Below are positions 58,293 through 64,000 of a DNA stretch of 64,000 nt, piece after piece. The notes under the pieces were generated by a model, which was given only the letters and a program-made list of their open reading frames with translations, was not told the origin of the DNA and searched no databases. Each line of letters starts with the position of its first letter. The stretch's first letter is position 1. The DNA comes from Cercozoa sp. M6MM (lineage: Eukaryota > Protista > Endomyxa: Ascetosporea). The stretch lies in the NCBI GenBank assembly GCA_040357565.1, contig JBDODJ010000062.1; one strand, 5' to 3'. The position numbers were made by a program, and so were the translations under genes.

Positions 58293-58713
58293 CTTATCTC
58301 GTCTATGGAGAAATATAAAAGGCCTAAATGCTTAAACGTGTCTAAAGTCCAAACGGCCGATAACTTAATAAATGTCTAAACTTACAGTCGAGTGTGCGTG
58401 GAAGCAAGAAAACACGTCAGATCTTCCGTTGGCTGCTCGAATTGCGTTGCGTCTGCAGCGCCATAGCGGTACGTGCCAGCAGCGCAGCTGTGCCCTGGAG
58501 ACACTATGTACGACTTGCCCGGTGCATTTATATACCTTATTTACTGAAACCATGGCACTCTAGCTGAGTTTTACGTCTATAGTTTAGAGCTTCACGTGCA
58601 CTAAAAAGCCAGGATACAGTACATTTGGTGCTGTTGCAGGAGACGAGACTGTCAGTGTAATTTACTGTACCCGTAAGTTTGACTTATACAAGGCAGACCT
58701 GGCGACTGTAAAT

Positions 58714-61700
58714 TTATTGTTCGGCGCAATTGAGAAATTCGGAGTACAGGTGAAGTTCCTTCGCGTCGGCGCGCGTTCTGGGATCGCTGTCTCACGTGAA
58801 CCAAGCATCAGTCACGAGTGCACCTTCCATAGTAGGTACAAGAATAGAGCTGCACTTACACGACAAAGCAGCGCCGCAGGAAGTCGCGTAGTCTCCGAAG
58901 ATCACGCGCGTGCAAATCTACGCTGCCGTGAACGTTGTCGTTGTCGTTGATATCACTGACTGGACTCGGAGGATGCAGTGTTTCAGCTAGAGATTCGACC
59001 GTCGCTACAGCAATACATCTTAGCTCTGTGCATACAGTACCTACTCATACAAAGGCAGGGTGTCACTTAGTTTCAAGTGAGTGAGCAGTACCAGTTGTGT
59101 CCAAGCAAGTGCAGCTCTCATCACTGTGCCGACTGCTGTCGTATGACTCAGTCGACAAGTAATGCTGTGTACGCAAAGTGCCAAGTGCCAACGACAGCAA
59201 TGTTTGTGTGACTCGATCGACGTCTCTGTGTACAACAACGAGCAGACATTTGTTACACCGAGGTACACCAAAGTAGTGCGCGTACCCACGACTAAGCACA
59301 CGCTCCTGCGAGGTCTCGTGTATTGTGCTCATGGGCACACTGACCAGCGAGTCGTTGTGGCACTGCATGACACTGTAGGAGCGCACCACCTTGTCCAGAA
59401 AGTGCGGCAATGACTGTACACACGCACAAGGAAAGGTAGGCCTATACGCTAGACTGCGCGTGTGATGTGTACTTGGTTGCGACTGGCCAGCTGGTGAACG
59501 AGAATGCCGAGTGCCCAGACGTCGATTCGGTCGGACAGGTGGATGTCGGCAATGTCGACGACGGCCTTGTTGTTGGTGCAGCTGTGGTAGTGGTGTGACA
59601 ACAAAACTACCTCTGGCGCGCGTGCAAACCATGTGCCGAACGAGGTGCGCGTGTACAACTGCATGGGTCCGAGTGGATTCAGAGTAGAGTACTGGGTTCA
59701 AACTTTTAATAAATTAAAACAGTGCTGTAAATGTACCACAGGGCGACCGCACTGGTCTCGCTCTACTGGGTGCAAGGCGTACCCAGGCAAGTCACGTGTT
59801 CGAACGCTACAAGCAAAGGCGTACTCTTCTCAGCAATGGATAGCAGGTCAAGAGGGGGAAAAAGGTACAGAGGGTAAGGGGGCAAGGGTAAGAGGGTATG
59901 GGGACAATCGGGGTAAGGGGGGCAAGGGGTACTGTCGTACCAATGACCGAAATCCGAAAGCAAGACGTCGAAAGATTCCGACAGAAGCGTGTTGCCGAGC
60001 TTCACGTCACAGTGCGTCCAGCCTGACAGCGGGGTGGGGAGGGGTACAGTAATATAATAAACACTTTAAGGACAGTGATTTATGTACCGTGCGAGTGTAT
60101 GTGAGACAGAGCACTCGTGACTTGTGTCGCCACGTGCCGCAGCAAATCGAGCTTTTTACATAGTAATCATTGATGGGATACTGGCAGTCACTCGATGTGC
60201 GGGTACCTTTTGATGAAGAGGACCCCACCGCGACGATAGGTGGTGCAGAGAGTTGAACGATGCCACTTTCTAAAAGAAGAGGTATTTAGGGGTCTGTATA
60301 GTATGGACTTGACATACCAACCAGATGGCGCCACCGTCAATGCTTTCGTGATGGCATAGCATCTGCACAATGTGCCGGTGCTGTGCTGCCTTCGATTGTA
60401 GGAACCTGGGAGCGAGAAGAGTCGTTACGCAAGGCGCTCTTTCAAAAAAGTGAAACAGTACTCGACTTCACAGCGAAAGTCGCGCAGTGCCATGCATTCG
60501 TCGATTGGAACGTCGTCGTTGCTGCCGTTTTGACGCTCGTTGAAACTCATGTAGCCGACCTTGTTGAAGTGTACTAGCTACAGCACAGGTAAAACGTACC
60601 CAATTTAACACGTATCGAAAGTGCACAAGTAGACAAACCTTGACAACGGCTACCAGTCCCGTGTGCAAGTGGAGACACTGGTACCTGCTCAGGTACAATG
60701 TGGGTCGCTGCATTTGTCTGAGAAGTATAAATCAAGGTACACGTTGCGATGCAAGGCAGGCAGCTGGAGACTCCAGTCGCCCAGTCGCACCGTGCTTGGC
60801 TTCACTTGTGTCTCTGCAAGGACTCGGATACCTCATACACTTGAGATACTGTACTGTACAGGCTGTAAATTTACCAGAAGGAGCGTCGTCCTGCGCGCAG
60901 ACAGAGAAAGTCAGGAGGTCCTCTTTTTCGAATGCCTGTCTTGTTTCCAGAGAGCGCTTTGGCTTGCGTCGCCAACGCAGGAACACGCAGATTGCGGCCA
61001 GCGCTGCCGTCTGCAGAGACAGATTCAGCCAATGCCAGATGGGTGCGATACAGCGAAGTAAACTTAAACCCACCAGGAAGGAAATGGCCAGCAGCGACAC
61101 GCGTGATGGTCTCTGCGTCAGTGCGCCCAACAAGTGCTCCGTTGAAAAATATCAGTGGCTCGGTGGGGTATGCCCGAGTCGTTCTAGGGATGTTTGGTAT
61201 CGATGATGACACTCTGCGCGGTGGTGGATGGGGCACGGCGCTGTCTTCTGCGCTCTGTGTGCTAACTCTGCTCTCGTTGTCGGCAATGCCACTCAGCGCC
61301 GTGTCATGCACAGTGTCGTTAAGAGCGTCAGTAGACTCAGACTCACTACGAACGATTTTGCCATGGTCACTCGATTGCGATGTGGGACTACATTCGCCGT
61401 CTTCATCCGTGTGTGTATCTTCGACTGTTTCTGTTTTGTGTTCCTGTGCCAGCTGTCCCTGTTGTATCTGTTGCTGTTGTGTCTGCATTTCTTCTGTCGT
61501 TGTGCCACTTGTTGCGCTTTCAGAGGCTTCACAGTATTGATGATTATACTGGAAGATAGGAGTGCAGTGCAGTACCAGTATCATTGGCGATACTGTCTTT
61601 GTTCTTCTTCGTCGGTGTGAAGGCAGAATTAGGAGAGCTCGTGCTGGTTTAACAACGGAGAAGAATTCGGCATCACATCGGTAATGGGAGACTACTACAG

Positions 61701-62779
61701 TAGGAGTGAATCACATACATACTACTGGGCGAGGAGCCCCCGGCTGTCGTACAAAGCACACAAACAGTGCATTAAATTACCACACGCCACTGTAACTGGA
61801 GGTATAGACACAGTAAATGTAAGTTTACTTTCCGGCGACCGACTTTCGCTTGGTGTAAAAGGAAGTGGCACCGGCCGTACTCGAATCACTCTCATAGGTG
61901 TAACTCGCCCAGGCTTTTCGGGCGCCCCTCTTTTAACTTCGCACGCTGGCATGGGTGTTGAAGGTCTAGTCGCGTACCTGCCAGCAAATCGATAACAATT
62001 TACTCATCGCTAATCAGCAAACTTACGAATCAGGAATAAGCACAGACACAGTGCTTATAAGTTTATGTAAATTAAATTGCCTGGGTATGTAAATTGAGTG
62101 CGCAGTACCTTAGCTTCAAAGGTGAGCTCTGCTCGGCAGTCCGAGCCTGCTCTTTCAACTCGGGCAAGGTATGCAAGTCAGCTGTTGGATTGGGCGTAGG
62201 TGCGGTTGCTCTGTTTTTGGGTATCGGGGATAAAAGTTCGCTCGTTGCGACAGTGTCTGCCGTTGTTGCTTCTACGAGTCCTTGCACACAGCGAGTTCCA
62301 GTCCGTCTGCCAACTGATGCTACAGTACAGTTACAAAGGAAGAAAACTCAGGGACAGCAAGTTTATAGTTTGATCAGTTTTTAAGTGTGGTGCTGCGGAA
62401 TTTACAGCCACAAGAAGAAGGACCGGGTGTGCTCTCGACCGGACTTAAACTTGAAAGACAGCTTCCGGTGCGCGTCGCCGGCGACCCTTGCTAATAAAAA
62501 ACAGTTACGTAGTTTAACATTGTTGCTTCGTATCGATACTGTACCCCTTTTCCGGATCCCCTGACGACCTCAACATCGACATCGGCTGAGTTAAGTGTTG
62601 GCTGCCCATCAAAAGGCAGTACAGTAAATTATATTTCTAACTTAAACATACTTTAGTGAATAAATTTAGAAAAACAACACATTGCACAAAAAACAACACA
62701 CCGCACTTATCCCTCGTCGACTCGCGATTTCTTCCGTTTCTGGGTCAGACTGGTCAGCGACGTTCATTTTCCGTTCCAT
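58714..62779 (-). CDS. Ser/Thr-type protein kinase with a long low-complexity N-terminus; start uncertain
   Basis: VYQCLHLHTGLVAVVK, CEVEFLQ..HRHIVQML, QVTSALSHIHSHGWTHCDVKLGN, LSDFG, GTWFARAPE, DVWALG, DFLRRCF..DPRTR. Confidence 0.85.
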
Positions 62780-62830
62780 CCGTGCGGTAGCAAGGAAGTC
62801 TCGGCGCCTTTAGAGTGTCTTTTCGTCAGA

Positions 62831-62958
62831 GGTTCGCCATAAGGCCCGTGTTCGGACTTTCGTCTGCGTTTGGTCGCAGGCCCGAGTTGTCGCTAGCCGC
62901 TAGCGCTCGGCAATACAAGTACTTACTGCTGGGCGGCGTTTCAAACCGGACCCTTTTT
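62831..62958 (+). ncRNA. Candidate ~120-nt structured RNA ending in a T-run
   Basis: Stems ggttcg/cggacc, gtctgcg/cgcaggc, ttgtcg/cggcaa and cgctag/ctagcg; T5 at 62954-62958. Confidence 0.4.
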
Positions 62959-62964
62959 CTTTAT

Positions 62965-63127
62965 GCGCCAACCATGAAGTCGACTTCGGTGCCTTGGGGA
63001 ACGTCGAAAGGGGAGTGTATCGTATGGTCCTACCCTAAGCGGGTGGTAGACACGGCTATGCTCTTATGACCCACCCCAAATTGGTGCAGGGGAACTACAT
63101 AGTTGGTTTTCTAGACTCAACTAACTA
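62965..63127 (+). ncRNA. Structured ~140-nt element, copy B, plus 3' hairpin tail
   Basis: Reverse-complement paralogue of 40371-40509; ends tggtgcaggggaactacatagttggttttctagactcaactaacta. Confidence 0.65.
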
Positions 63128-63144
63128 TCAGCTTTACGATATTG

Positions 63145-64000
63145 TCAGAAAGTTGCACGGGCGATGGCATGCACGCAGGCGGGGTCAGTGCAGGCCGAGG
63201 TCATGTGGCCTCTCGGTTGGCCCGCGTTTCCGAACGCAAGTCGTCGCGTTGCCCGTTGACCGGCGTGTTGTGTGGCTGCACAGGCGTACTCAAAGATAAA
63301 TATATACATATATACAAATATACTTCTAGATAATATATGTAATAAACACACACATATATATATATACACATGCATGTATGTATAGACAGATGTATAGATA
63401 TAGATACCACAAGAGGCGGCGACAGCAGGTCGACAGCGGCCCCGCGGCCGACGGCGATGGCGGCGTCGCGCGTCACGATGAGTCGCAGTCCGCGCAGCGC
63501 GTCGCCGCCGCTCGAGTTGACGCTGGCCGCCTCGCGCAGGATGGCCAGACCAGCGGCGACGTCGCGCTTCTGCGCCTCGTTCAGCTCGAGTTGCAGCGAG
63601 TCCAGGTAGCGCCGCATGCCCTCCGACTCGTCCTCTTCAAGCTCTTCCGACTCCTTGGACTCTTCCGACTCTGCATTGGGCTCATTGGACTCGTGGACAT
63701 CGTGAGTCGGTGCACTCGGTCCAATAGACAGTCCGGTAGTCAGTCTAGCAGTCGGTCCAGCATTGGGCGGACTGGCCGGCGCATTGTCCTGCTCCAGTAG
63801 CAGGAGAAACTCCTGCTCCAGCGAGTCGTGCGACAGCGACAGCGCCACCGGCGTCACGCCGCCCACGTCGCGACCTGTCGCGCCTCGCATCGTCACCTGC
63901 GCGGGGAGGGAGGGGGGGTAAGAGGGGTAAGGGGGACGGTGTAAAGTACAGTGGCAGGCGCCGCTCGCGGCAGGTGCAACACCGGCGTTATCACCGACTT
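63145..64000 (-). CDS. 3' exons of a hypothetical protein (5' part lies outside the window); stop at 63145 or 63201 depending on the acceptor
   Basis: Long GC-rich exon ~63406-63896 with an acidic tract, flanked by a (TA)-rich and a C-rich intron. Confidence 0.55.

Noticed and set aside
62831-62953. 5S rRNA (120 nt; GCCAUA, UCGUCUG and AGUACUU words present)
   Set aside because: Spacing and helix arrangement do not fit 5S and the other conserved blocks are missing; kept only as an unassigned candidate RNA.

Overview
Gene-dense, intron-rich nuclear DNA from a eukaryotic protist. A SPAG6/PF16 gene implies a flagellated stage. The standard code is used (TAA, TAG and TGA all act as stops), and the taxon cannot be fixed from this window. 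Most ORF-track entries are exon fragments, so gene models were rebuilt by hand from GT..AG introns (mostly about 45-130 nt). Recognisable genes: HSBP1, a CCR4/nocturnin/angel EEP phosphoesterase, SPAG6, RIOX1/NO66, GSTK1, an FG-GAP protein, a syntaxin-6-like SNARE, an ABP34/TolA-like EF-hand actin-bundling protein, SmE, an extended mL41, a myosin, DNAJC8, RRP46, an HxxxDG acyltransferase, a Rab, MPO1, a possible mS23, NUDT17 and a kinase lacking a G-loop, plus several hypothetical genes. There are five 100-N scaffold gaps. The most unusual signal is intergenic: a dispersed family of structured elements sharing a 3' module (GGYRCAGGGRAAC...TAGTTGGTTT..GTAGACT.AACYAACTA). Two ~140-nt paralogues (40371-40509 minus, 62965-63110 plus) differ by substitutions that preserve base pairing, and several other GC-rich fold-back segments occur in the spacers. 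Introns show GTAC-dominated donors and telomere-like or microsatellite fill.
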